The notes beneath the pieces are model-generated. The model had not been told where the DNA came from. It did no database searches and saw only the letters and a list, made by a program, of their open reading frames with translations. Of a stretch of DNA of 64,000 nucleotides, positions 1 to 11,900 are shown one piece after another. This stretch comes from Perna viridis (Eukaryota), in contig CM074512.1 in NCBI GenBank assembly GCA_037379345.1, positions 63,075,597 through 63,139,596 of the forward strand, in the 5' to 3' direction. Each line of letters begins with the position of its first letter. Positions within the stretch are counted from its first letter, which is position 1. A program made the position numbers and the translations under genes.

Positions 1-2368
1 GTTGTTTGATCTGTGAGTGTTAGAATTTCTCACTTAGAAACAAAAGTGAAATCGGTGTGTTTTTGGCATGCACGAAGCAAATCATGTCTTATTTTGATAA
101 AGACCGCTACTAAAATGTACTTACTACGGGTAAATATGACAATCAAGGTGCGCAAAGAAAAACTGCCGTTGTCTTGTCTGGTATTTTAGGATATATCATT
201 TTTGTGTTAAACGATTAAACATGTTTGTTTTGAACTCATTAATTTTCGTACTACCCAAAGTTTACACATCGGTTTGTACAGACATTAAACAATGAAGTTA
301 ACATGATGAAATTGTGTCAGGCAGTTTATTTATGGACGTGAAAGAATGAAGAGTAAAATCTCAATGAAGAAGTGTTGTGTTGTAGATCTTTTTCGTAATG
401 AAACAGTTGTTTGTAACAAAACGCAGGGCCTTCAATATAAGAACATACACTAGGTCTGTGAACAATAACCGGAAATGATAAAACACAATCAATCCTACAC
501 AGATAAAAACACACGAAAGAAGTAGCCAAGTCAATATAAGGAGGTAGACCTAGGCAAAGGGGTATAAATCCTACAAATCATTGGTATGGTTGTGTATTTC
601 TCAGTCTCATATTTGTATCTTAGTAACTTAGTAACCTTAAGTAATATGCCTCAAATACTGGTAAGCAATAAAATGAAGATATCAACGGAGAAAGAAAAAC
701 GTTGAGACAGAAACGTACATATTCTAAAGGAACTAAAATTTAAGATCAGAAACTATATTCCATCGTAACCTATATACTTATAAGCGATCAATGTTCTCAT
801 ATTAAAATGATTTACATGTACCGGTGTAGGGCTTGGGTAGGACAAAAGAACTTTCTTTGCAGAAGTATATATTGAGCACGCTCTACTCATGCGCATAGAC
901 TACATCAACGTTAGCATAAAAGGGTATGTTAATGGCAGAAAAACGTTGTGCGTTTCTGTCCGTGGTTAGCTTGAGTTATAGTTTGGTTACACCTTGTTGT
1001 GTTCTGTTCCATTATCCCTGCATTCACCTGTAGGCAAACTTGCCTGATCCGAACTATAACAATTTTTTCCAGTATCACAAAGTTCAAAACCCATAAAACA
1101 CCGAGACTTCATTCCTTGAGTTGTCATTGTAGAACACAACAAAAACAACTCTGATTATTTTTGGTAGAAAAATAAATCGTCATATTTCTAATAATTTTTA
1201 TTTATGAGAAGTTACTCCTTTAAACATGTGAACAGCATACACCAATGTTAGTATTTGTATTTATAGTCGCATGATTGGTATTTTTGTATTTGTCGTATCG
1301 CTGTATTAGGAGTTCTTTAGCTTTATTCTAGTGCGATGAATTAATAAACAATGAAAGCAAAGTTATTGTTGCGCGACAACCATTTTACTAAGCTCACACA
1401 AAAATGCGTAAAACGTGGAATACGCCATTGCCTTTTGCCCTTAAATACCTTGTATCACCTTGTTCATTTTGCTCGCTCTTAAAAAAAATAACAAAATGTT
1501 TGATCATTTCTTTTTTGTTTTGTTTGTTTTTTTGTTTTTTTATTTTTTGTTTTTTTGTTTTTTTTTAAAGTTAATGCATATTTCTGGTTGTATCTTCTAC
1601 CTCTAAAATAATAATAAAAAAAACTCGCCATGATTATCAAAAGAAATTACGAAAAGTCAACAACCTCCGTTGTCGAACTCATGTCTTTTGCGTTTTACTT
1701 TTTCATTGGTATGATATTGATATTGCGATATAATTACAGCAAAATCAGACGAATCGCCCACTATAAGAGGCACATTCACTGTAGTTAACATCAAAATGAT
1801 GCTACATTTATTGACTTCTTACTAATACAGAGGACTGAACTTCGTTAAAAGGCATTTCAGACAGGCTGGTGAAATGAAACATATTATATTACATAACGAA
1901 ACGGTCATTGGGATGTCTGCTGTATTTTGTCTCGAATATCTTTTCGTACTTAAGCAATTCTGAAAAGCTATTATCATTTACGTTTTCGGTCTTACAAATA
2001 AAGCCGAACGATGCAGTATTGTTTTCCAAGAAGTTGGCCCAGTAAGGACAAAATTTGGCCGCAAAACCAAAATGTACCTAAAGAAAAAATAATGATGTTT
2101 CTAAAACTCTTTACTGTGTTGTTTATTTGATTCGATTGTTTTTTTTTATGTTAATAATTTGAACATATACGGTCATATTTGCCTTTCAAACTTGGCTGAA
2201 TTTGGAAAAAATCAGTTAAATAGGTTGGAAACACTGGGTTTGTGCAGTTTTTCATTCTTTTACTTTTGTTACTTTGTATGTATGATTTTAGTTACTTTAT
2301 GTTCTTTGTTGTGTATGTCTGTTTTCCATGTCTGAACTTTGTCCCTGGATTACATTCTTTTGATTACC

Positions 2369-2630
2369 CTATAACCTTGGTTCCCTTGATTACTCTTTAA
2401 CAATGACCAAAACACGTGTTCAATCTTATGCTTCATGTATTTTATACATAATTGTGTTAAAGCATATGTGAAAATATCTAAAGTGAACAAAATGCATTAC
2501 CGCTATAACCTTGGTTCCCTTGATTACTCTTTAACAATGACCTAAATACGTGTTCAATCTTATGCTTCATATATTTTATACATAATTGTGTTACAGCCCA
2601 TGTGAAAATATTTAAATTGAACAAAATGTG
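2369..2630. repeat. ~134-bp tandem duplication
   Basis: ctataaccttggttcccttgattactctttaacaatgacc...gaacaaaatg at 2369 and 2503. Confidence 0.9.
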
Positions 2631-5600
2631 TGGCTACGTCCGTTCCACAAAAAAATATCTTAAAAATTGCAGAAATGTTAAAATTTTAAGGTTTTTTTTA
2701 AAAGTTACATGAATACGCACTGTTTATTATTATTTTTTTTTTGGACAAATCCCCTCGGATACAGCTTGTATTCAGTGCTTGCGACCATTTTGCTATACTA
2801 CTACTACTAAGAAATCAGCTTAAATCAAATGCACACTGCCTGATTCTAACAAATACTGATACTTATTTTTTTCGCTTTTACAGCAACTATATTTCTTTCC
2901 TAATTATGGTATGTGTAGCCATGTTAATTTGAAGTCCTCGGGTTTCGGTGCTCATTTTCTGTCCGGAAAGAGGATGGTCCTCACCGAACTTTCTCCTTTA
3001 TACAACGGGACAATGTACTTCGTACATATATGTAAAAACAAATATTTAAGTGAAATAAATTTGTTTGCAGTATAAAGACAATAACATCGCACTGACTTGA
3101 TAAATGTATTGATGTATTCATAATTCAGCAAAAAAAACCAGTCTTGCATTTTCCTGTGGTTCGATATTAACCTCATCATTGTATCGTGTTTTTTAGAGAA
3201 AAAATAAAAGCAGCAGCAGAGTATCTCTTTGTTTTGTTTTGTTTGTTTGTTTGTTTTTTTTGGTTTTTGTTTTGTTTTTTGTTTTTTTTTTCGCGGGGGG
3301 GTTCCGGATATTTAATATAAAAAAATACTGTTCTATGCAATTATGTCAGTTACTCTTTTAAGGTAATAATACCTGTGGCTCCGCTACCATTGTATATCAA
3401 TCATCATGCATTTTGTGTATTTCTTTGAAGTTTGTCAGGTACGTCTTTTCAGTCTCCGTTTTCCTTGTAAATTAACTTTTGAATTTTGAAAATTTCTTTA
3501 AATGTGGTTTCTCCTTAATTTCATATTCAGTTGACTACGGAAACAATCTGATTAAACTCTATACAAACGTGTACCAACTTCCTGTGCTGCAATGTCTAAC
3601 TGCGATTGGATATGTTTGCAATTTACATCAATGTCATGATGTCAAAATGAACGTAATTTGAGTCTTTAATTTTGGTTTTCTGTCATTTCAATAACATCAA
3701 GACAATCTCTTATTTTTCGTTAGAAAGAGCAGCAGGCTATCCAAATTCCTTAAGAATATTGAATGTAAATATGACTTTGTCGAGCAATGCAACCTTTAAG
3801 CTTCCGTAAATTTCGTAATTATATTTTGATAATTGCATAAATATACAGTTTAAGCGTTAGTCGAAAAAAAATAGCTTCATATAATTTCAGGACGACGGAG
3901 TTATTTTAACTTATGGTAGATTATACCTAATATTTCTAGTAGATAAATTTTCCTAGTTTTTTTCAAAGATGACCTTGAATAGACATACCTTAGAATTTTA
4001 ATGTAAAAAACTTCGGTCCCTAAACTTCATATAGAGAGCACTAAACTGACATTCTTTCAAACTTCATAACAAAAATTGGGGGCCACCGAACTCTTTTCTT
4101 GCAATATTAAAAAAACTATAAAATTCCCTATACATATCAAATGCACATTTTCCCGCCAATTACCTTGTAAGAGGCTTTTTGAAAATAATATTTTTAATTT
4201 TATCATTCTAAATTTTATGTACAAAATCATTTGAAATATTTTAAATAAGTTATTTTTACATCATTTCAAATACAATTAGTTCATAGAATAACTATATATA
4301 TATTTATTGTTGATAATGCACCAGTCTTTAATATTTACACTCCGTGCGAGAGCCACTATGGTAGTCAAGGACTTTAAAAATCCCCTCAGTCAGTAAAGTA
4401 CCAATATGCTGATAATTATATTGCTGATGTCTCCATTATATGCGATACTTCCTGTAACACACGCTGTGCGTCTGCATCACTTCTTAATTGCACAGAAAAA
4501 GGAACAGATAAGGTGAAACGCAACAAATGCTCTATCGTATAACCGTTATAAAGATATTTAAAGAGATCACCAAGTGCAATGACACCTTCAATTGAACCCT
4601 GAAAGGCCCCGACCACAAAAAATAATAAAATCCATCGTAAAAGATATAAACGTCATCATTTCCGAAATAAGTTACGTTACTTCGAACAAAATATAGTTTA
4701 GATTTCACAAATCATATACAGGACGTCTTTGACGCTCCGTTACTATAAAGTGTATTGGAGTAAGGAATATGTTGGCAAAACGAATTCAAGTCTTCCAGCA
4801 ATTTTAAAGTGTTGGTACAAAACAAGTGTATTTGGTTGATAAAACGATTATTGTTGATCGATAACAAAATAGAATCTACCGATTCTGTCTTGTTCGTGTT
4901 CAGTCAGTTTATTTCATCCGTCATTTATAATGAACAAAGCTTTAAAAAATCATATTTCTTGCGACTGCCGATACTCCCACCTCATCAAGAATTATCAAAA
5001 ACGAATAAAACTATTGCAGTACTGAGTCCATCTCCTCCGCAGACTTAAAACCGCTTCCTATTTCAAGTTCCGCACACTTCTAGGCGATCTTCGGAACTCG
5101 TGGTCATATTTTGGTTATTCACTCTTTCCAATTCATTATCCTAGTAAAATATAGTTCCTCGATCAGTGATGTATCCTCAAAAATGAAAAGCTTCACTACA
5201 TGTAAAACACCAAAAACTGGTATTTTTTTACTTAAACTTAGGCAAGTTGTCTATATATGACAACTACAACAATGTATTTTATAGGGTTTCAGAACGAAAG
5301 GACTTTTGATTGTCGCTACTTGCTATAATTCTTTATTTCAAAACAGTTCCCTGTTAATCCGTAATACATATAACAAAACAAAAAACAAAACAAAACAAAC
5401 AAAAGACCAAACCAAACCAAACCAAACCAAACAAAAGGCGCATATGACAATTTTGCTTCAGATGACCCAAACATAAATTTTAACATGGGATTCCCGTGCC
5501 TATTTGCAGGTACAAACTCGGTGAATCGTATCTTCGGAAGATTAATGTTAAAGATCCCTTAATTACAAAATAAGGAAGTCGTCAAGGACTGTAACAAAAC

Positions 5601-6872
5601 GTGACATATTATTTAAAAGCGATTACATGTATTTCTGTTAATAAAACTCCTATCAGAAATTTCCAGGAAAAGATCGTTAGCGATAATTACTCGAGCAACA
5701 TGGAGCATGAATATCACCGTCATGAATTATTAGTTTCACTAGAAATTTCTGATATTATTTAACAGGCAGCTTTTCATTTCCAGGACTTGAATTAAATGTT
5801 TATTGATTGTATTGTAGTATATAACAATAAAATTGAAATAATTCCACTAATCATCAAAGGTTTAGCTTATTATGGAACGTGCGTTTTTGTACTACATTTA
5901 TATGCACATGCAGTTGATAATGTAGAGTTAAATGTATTTCCTTGTAGTGGGTTAATTAGAGGGAACTCAAGCATTTTTGTTTGGTTTAGTTAGATGGGTG
6001 CAAATCCCTCAAAAATACTTCGTCATAAAATGTTAGGGTGAAAACAAAATAAGAAGAGTGTCATTCACATCAGTGACTGCTTCTCTGTTTTGCTTTAACA
6101 CACACACGCGCGCGTGCGATCAGCACCTGCGTTTCAAATAAGGTCCTGTTTATCACTTCATTGCGTCATTTCCGACGAATGGGTTCAGCTATGTATCAGC
6201 TATGATCAAATTATGACGTATGGTGATTTAAAAATGGTTGTAAATACTAAAATTTTGAGGGAAGAAATGATCCTGCATACTTCTGGCGTAGACGACATGT
6301 CATACCATTGATTAATAAGAACAGTATTCATTCTTTTGTTACCATGTACAGCTAGGACAGCAAGAACGGCAAGGACAGCTAGGGCAGTATTTTTTATACT
6401 TTATACATTGATCAATTTACACTGTTTACCGGATAAGTTGTTGCTCCCCTTTAACTACCTTCGTTGCAATGATGAATAAAGGCTATAATTCAGACAAATA
6501 AACACTGGTGTCTTCTCAGCAATTACTCGAAATTCCTTTAAACAACCGTCAACGAACACCTGATGCAGTAATATCATATAAGCTTGCAGCATTATGCAGT
6601 CTGGGGGATTTGCCAGAGTGCATTGTTGCAGACAGATTAGATGCTCTCGGTAATGTTGTAAATTTGCAAAGTTGGTATCTGACCGAAATATTTTTTTTCA
6701 AGGCAGTCGTAATTTCAACAAATCCAAGAACGTATCACTACTATCAAAAACAATGTACCTATAAATATTCATGTAAACCCCATTTTAAATGTTCCAAAAA
6801 AGTGCTTTGTCGTTCGTTTACCTGCGATCAGCATCAGTCTAATTAAAATATGAACTATATGGTTTCCATTAA

Positions 6873-7239
6873 GTGTAAGCAGTGGTAAGAATCAGGCAAA
6901 ATGTGAAAAATCAGAAACATGCATGTCAAACCCCGCCGATCTGACAATATAATTTATCAAATAATGCTATCTCTGTATGAAGAGAGCATAATTTGATCTC
7001 TAAATCATTGGATTTGTTCAGAAATGTTTCAATACAATGTTAGAAAAATGAGGTTTTGACAGAGTTGTCTGCCCTTTAAATATTCATTTACAGTGCATAT
7101 CAATGAAATTATATCTCAATTTACCAACATGATATGGAAAATCTTGCCTGATTTCCTTGGCTCCTTGATGGTGCAAATATTCAAATTACTTTCATAATGA
7201 TGGTTTCACCCACTGCCTGATTCTTACAGAGACTAACAC
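6873..7239. mobile_element. Family C-like copy
   Basis: TTAA|gtg...gtaagaatcaggca ... tgcctgattcttac...acac. Confidence 0.68.
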
Positions 7240-7756
7240 GTAACGCCATATTATACTCAGACTGCGTCCTATAAACGAAGAATGTGTACTTATAAAAGTT
7301 TGTTTGATGTTTGCTTATGGCAAACTTTTCTACCAGTCTAAGGAAAGAGAGAGTCCACCATTCCAATTCAGAGTTTCTTCGTCACCAGTGAACTTTCTTA
7401 AACTTTTTGCAGTATTAGCCGAACAGAAAATTAAACCCTCATTAAAAAAGTCCTAAAGGTTCAATATTGGTGTCTGACCGAGATGCATTCAGTTGTTCTC
7501 CAGTCAGACGGAATTTTAAGTTAGGTATAACAACAGTCCGACACGCTACGTCGAATATTTAATGTACTGGCCCTCGCAGAATCATCATTTCTCAGCAGTC
7601 AAACAGATGATAATAAATATTTATCTGACTATTTATACATGTAGCTTACATATATATACATATAACTTACACATTTTTACGAAAGTGGATATCGAACAAA
7701 ATCACATCAATCATGTCGTATACTCGTGCAATATTTATAATACTGAACGCTTATGT

Positions 7757-8764
7757 TTAAAGGCATTTTGGGGTTGGGAAATGTTTAGGCTGTCGACCAG
7801 GAATATGGACACATGTTTTCCGACCAGTTTCTCGCAGAATATGTTTCACTTTACCCGACCGACCTTTATTTAAGTTTCTTGCAGCATCAGGGGTGGTTAC
7901 CCTCGGATCGGGTCTCGGACTTAACATTACTTTCCCCGTATGCATAAGTCTTTCCATTCTATGACCACGATCAAGTTCATAATTCGGATCCCCCTCAGGC
8001 TTTACCCTTGGGACGGGTCTAGCAGATAAAGGCATTTGTCCATATTCATAAAATAGCCTCTTCGCGCGTTTCCCTTTGTCGAGTTCGGCATTTTCGCTTC
8101 CTTCCGGTTTGACACGAGGGACTGCTGGTTCAGACATCATTCCATTCATGTAAAGTCCTGAATGAACGATCGGTTTCATCCGTTTTCCTGTGTGAATCAA
8201 CGCTGTTTGCTCAGCCTCTGGTTTCACCCGAGGCACCGGACGAGCGGACAAAGGACCCGGGCAGCTATGAATAAGTATGTTCATTCGTCCACCTTTATGT
8301 ACCTCTGCTGTTTGTTCAGCTTCTGGCTTAATTCGAGGTACTCTAGTTGAAGCCGGTGCCTGGCCAAACTCGTGCACAATTTTCTTCATTCGTTTCCCTC
8401 TGCTAATCGAAGCAATTGGTTCGCCCTCAGATTTGATTCTACAAGGTGCCGAATCTGGTCTTGGCGTTGCTTCTCCATTCAGCAAGGCACCAACCGAACC
8501 GTGCTTATCTCTGTTATAATATTCAACCGACTGAGCAGTCGGGCATCTTGGGACTGGTCTCGGAGACTCGTATGATTTGTCATTTCTTTTAAAGACCCAT
8601 TTATCAATAGATCCCTTATTTTTCTGCGCGAAGTCCACTCCTTCAAATTTAAGTCTTGTTCCTGGTACAGGATTCCGATATGTTCCATGTTGATCAAATC
8701 CTGGATATGGTGAAACTGGGGACACAATACCGGAACTGACCGATCGGGATGTTTGGTAAACCAT
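7757..8764 (-). CDS. Uncharacterised basic 335-aa protein with ~8 imperfect 35-37-aa repeats (PxSARPVPRVKPEG...GxRM)
   Basis: 1008-nt ORF, GC-richer than flanks. Protein-level repeats with divergent codons. Strong acceptor (ttttttttattttag|cataaaATG) 6 nt before the ATG implies an upstream non-coding exon. Confidence 0.85.
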   Translation of the reverse strand: MVYQTSRSVSSGIVSPVSPYPGFDQHGTYRNPVPGTRLKFEGVDFAQKNKGSIDKWVFKRNDKSYESPRPVPRCPTAQSVEYYNRDKHGSVGALLNGEATPRPDSAPCRIKSEGEPIASISRGKRMKKIVHEFGQAPASTRVPRIKPEAEQTAEVHKGGRMNILIHSCPGPLSARPVPRVKPEAEQTALIHTGKRMKPIVHSGLYMNGMMSEPAVPRVKPEGSENAELDKGKRAKRLFYEYGQMPLSARPVPRVKPEGDPNYELDRGHRMERLMHTGKVMLSPRPDPRVTTPDAARNLNKGRSGKVKHILRETGRKTCVHIPGRQPKHFPTPKCL

Positions 8765-9149
8765 TTTATGCTAAAATAAAAAAATAACATTTACAAACAA
8801 ATAAATAATTTTGATTTCTTGTCGACATCGCAGGGTAACATACACCATGTACATGTGCACATAGAAGTCGGTATTTTTGTTGTAATTCAAGAGACTTTAC
8901 CAAAACTCTTAACTGAAACTAATAAAAAACATAATCTGACAAATTGATGAAAACAATGTAGACAAATCATTGAACACAATGTTATCTATGTTGTTGCAAA
9001 TATCATGTAATGCGTCGGGCTATAAATCTGTTGGTTTGTATATGATGACCTTTATTGCTGGTTCTAGAATCATCAGATAGTTTATATAATGTCTACTAGG
9101 TAATCAAGGTGTTGACCGTATATACTATTGTTTGTTTTGACGTATTGGG

Positions 9150-9400
9150 CAGTTAGAGTAATTGATTACGGAACCAAAATTCTAGAGGAAATAAAAAATA
9201 ATATCATCCTGGGACATAGACCTGACATGGGAAACAGACAAACACAACTAAGAACATAAAGTAACTGAAATGATACATGCAAAGTAACAAGAGTAAATAA
9301 GCAACTCAGACTCCACTAAAAACTTGGAGCATGGACCAGGTGCACCGGTAGGGTAAGCGTCCTCTGCTTTTCTAGAAACACCCGCCGAGTTGCTCATAAA
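9150..9400. mobile_element. Interspersed repeat (possibly DIRS-associated bivalve repeat); inverted partial copy at ~2255-2400
   Basis: agaacataaagtaact..atacat.caaagtaacaa is the reverse complement of 2260-2310; caggtgc.ccgg.agggtaagc core. Family assignment from memory only. Confidence 0.45.
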
Positions 9401-10755
9401 AAAGTCAAGTCCGGGGTAGACGAAAGAGAAAAGGAAAACTATAACACATTGAACAAATCAGTTTTCATGGTGCAGATGAATACACCGTAACGATCCACGA
9501 GTTCATGAAGACGACCATAAAACTCTGTAGTGGTTACTTCAATCTTGACGCAACATAACCCTGTTCCAGAAGCCTAATTGCAAGAAGTCTAGCGCGATAC
9601 AAAAAGTCTGCACAGTTACAGCAAGCGCTGGCATAATGTATGAGCCAAAGTACTGATTATTTTTTTTAAAGAATTTTAGCGGATTTCAGTCTATTATGGT
9701 CCTTTAGTATATTGCTGAAGTCGTTTTATGTGTGTAACGCGCATGTTCGTTCTTTCTTATTAAAAGTTATGAAAACATTCAGATCAGAATACAGAATAAG
9801 TGTAACCACAAAAACGCAAAAAAAAAAATAAATAAAAAAATAAAAAAAACAAAAAACAAAAACAAAACGAACTGAAACGAAACAAAACAAAATACTTCAA
9901 ACCAGGTCAACCTGTAGTACATGTAGTTAACTTTGGCCTTTACATAGATGGGTAAGCGGATTTTGATCAGAAGAAACCTAAAGCTCCTTTGAATCAGGGT
10001 TTTAAGCACGAATTTTTATCAAATTGATATGTGTACATTATATAAATGGCCTTTTATGAATACGCTTGGCTTTGTTACAAACAGAGAGTGGTCTATGTAT
10101 TAAATATTTGGCTCGGATCATTGGTCGCTTAGTGTTATACAATATTACATTAAAACACTTGTTAAAACGCCTGTTAAATTATTAATCGGTGACTTGTGTA
10201 TGTTTATACAAAGATCAAACATTCAATTTGCTTTTACGGGTTAAGAAAGACAAAACTGAGAATGCATACCTGTCAACCTTAGTATACATTGCTGATATGG
10301 ATGTATATACATATATTCATTGGTATTAGTCAGATAAAGTATTACTAGTGGAACTTGGTTCTGATCGATTTTTCAAATTATGTAATAAGTTTATTTGAAT
10401 TCAGCATGTTAATTGTTGTTCAATGCCATTTTAAAATAGCAGTTTTCGTGCAGTGGACTGTCAAATATTTGCATGCGATCCCCTCAATTATCTCTGTAAT
10501 ATCTTAATGCAGTAAAATTGACAAAAAAAGAAATTAGAAACCAACGGAATAGCATTGAATTTCCATACACTCAATTTTTTTTTATCAAATTACAATACGT
10601 TTTTTGATAAATCCTAATTTAGTTTCATTCGCATTGCTACATGTACATGAATGTTATTATTGACTGGGAAAATCCTCCATTATAGCAGATGTGGCACGTT
10701 TTCCTACTGATTTAAAATTGATTTCTTACTTCCTTTCAATTAACAATTATCTTAC

Positions 10756-10930
10756 CTTATTTCATTGTTTTCTAAACATATGATAGAAATCTACATCAAA
10801 GACTTTAATCTTCCGGATTCAATTATGTGCACATTTAATTTCCCGACCGATCAAAGCTGGATTTTTACGGTTCCTTAAGTTGTGGGGGCGGTATCAAAAC
10901 ATCGATTTATCTGTCGTCTGCTAATACGTA
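10756..10930 (-). other. Candidate 5'-UTR first exon/promoter of the 335-aa repeat gene
   Basis: AG|GTAAGA donor at 10755 in a CpG-containing patch about 2 kb upstream of the acceptor at 8771; 5' limit is a guess. Confidence 0.35.
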
Positions 10931-11549
10931 CATGGCCGATCGTGGCCATTTCATTTGTCTAGGTCAACGGTTTCACTTGGATATTGACCAAGATAAGACA
11001 ATATGTTACCATCCTTGTATGTTTAATTTAAATAAATAAGCCTTTAGAGGTTTGCATAGTGTAATGAACGTCAATTGTCATATAGATCACAATGTAGTTT
11101 CATTAGTGGTGTAATTTCTGTCTGAATGGTTTGAAATCGTATGTTGTGAGAAGAATACCTCATATAATGCTACTAAAATCAGACGACATTGTCAAATAAC
11201 GTCCAACGACTGTTTCAGATATATATGTACCGGTAGCTATCTATATTTAACTTCTTGAGAATAATAATCAACACTGAATTGCATTCTTTTAAGAGTATAA
11301 TTCAACAAAAAGCCATTTCAACATTTAGAAATCAAAATTACGTTGTTCAAAAACAATTTTCAAAATGATCCTTGATGGTGTTCCAATTGGTATTGAAACT
11401 GCTTGTTAACTACATGTAGCTGCCATATTATAGACTTATAGAAATACCAAAAACTTAAAACCAAACTTTTTGATGTTGAGTGTGGGGAGGGGGAATTAAT
11501 CCAAAAGACAAGTAAAATACCCCCATTTTAATTTTGAAAAAAATATTCT

Positions 11550-11900
11550 AACAAAAGAGGGCCTCTGCATATTTGGCCAATACAAACCAATGGAAACAAA
11601 AGAACAGTGTTCCAATGTCCCCCATGACAAAAAAAAAGTGAAAAACTTGAAATTTACTGAAATTTTCTAAGTCCAAGAGCAATAACTTCCATAAAAATCA
11701 ATCAACTGTAACAAAAGATAAAATTAATAGGTAAAAGCATTACAAAAAAAGTGTCGAAAACTAAATTCACCAACATTTTCTAAGTCCAAGGGCCATAACT
11801 TCCGTAAAAATCATTCAACCGTTACCAGAAACACTTATTTGGTAAAAGCATAACAAAAAAAAAGTGTGGAAAACAAGGACATCGCGGGGGAAAATAAAAT
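11550..11900. mobile_element. Truncated HINE-like element with internal tandem unit
   Basis: ttttctaagtccaag..ataacttcc.taaaaatca repeated at ~11663 and ~11776; aacaa start, gcggggg..ataaaa end. Confidence 0.5.

Noticed and set aside
7562-8790. Plus-strand and alternative-frame ORFs overlapping the 335-aa gene
   Set aside because: Shadow ORFs of a GC-richer coding exon; no independent evidence.
1505-9900. T/G- and A/C-rich simple tracts (1505-1566, 3225-3292, 5372-5435, 9810-9890)
   Set aside because: Ordinary low-complexity microsatellite-like sequence.
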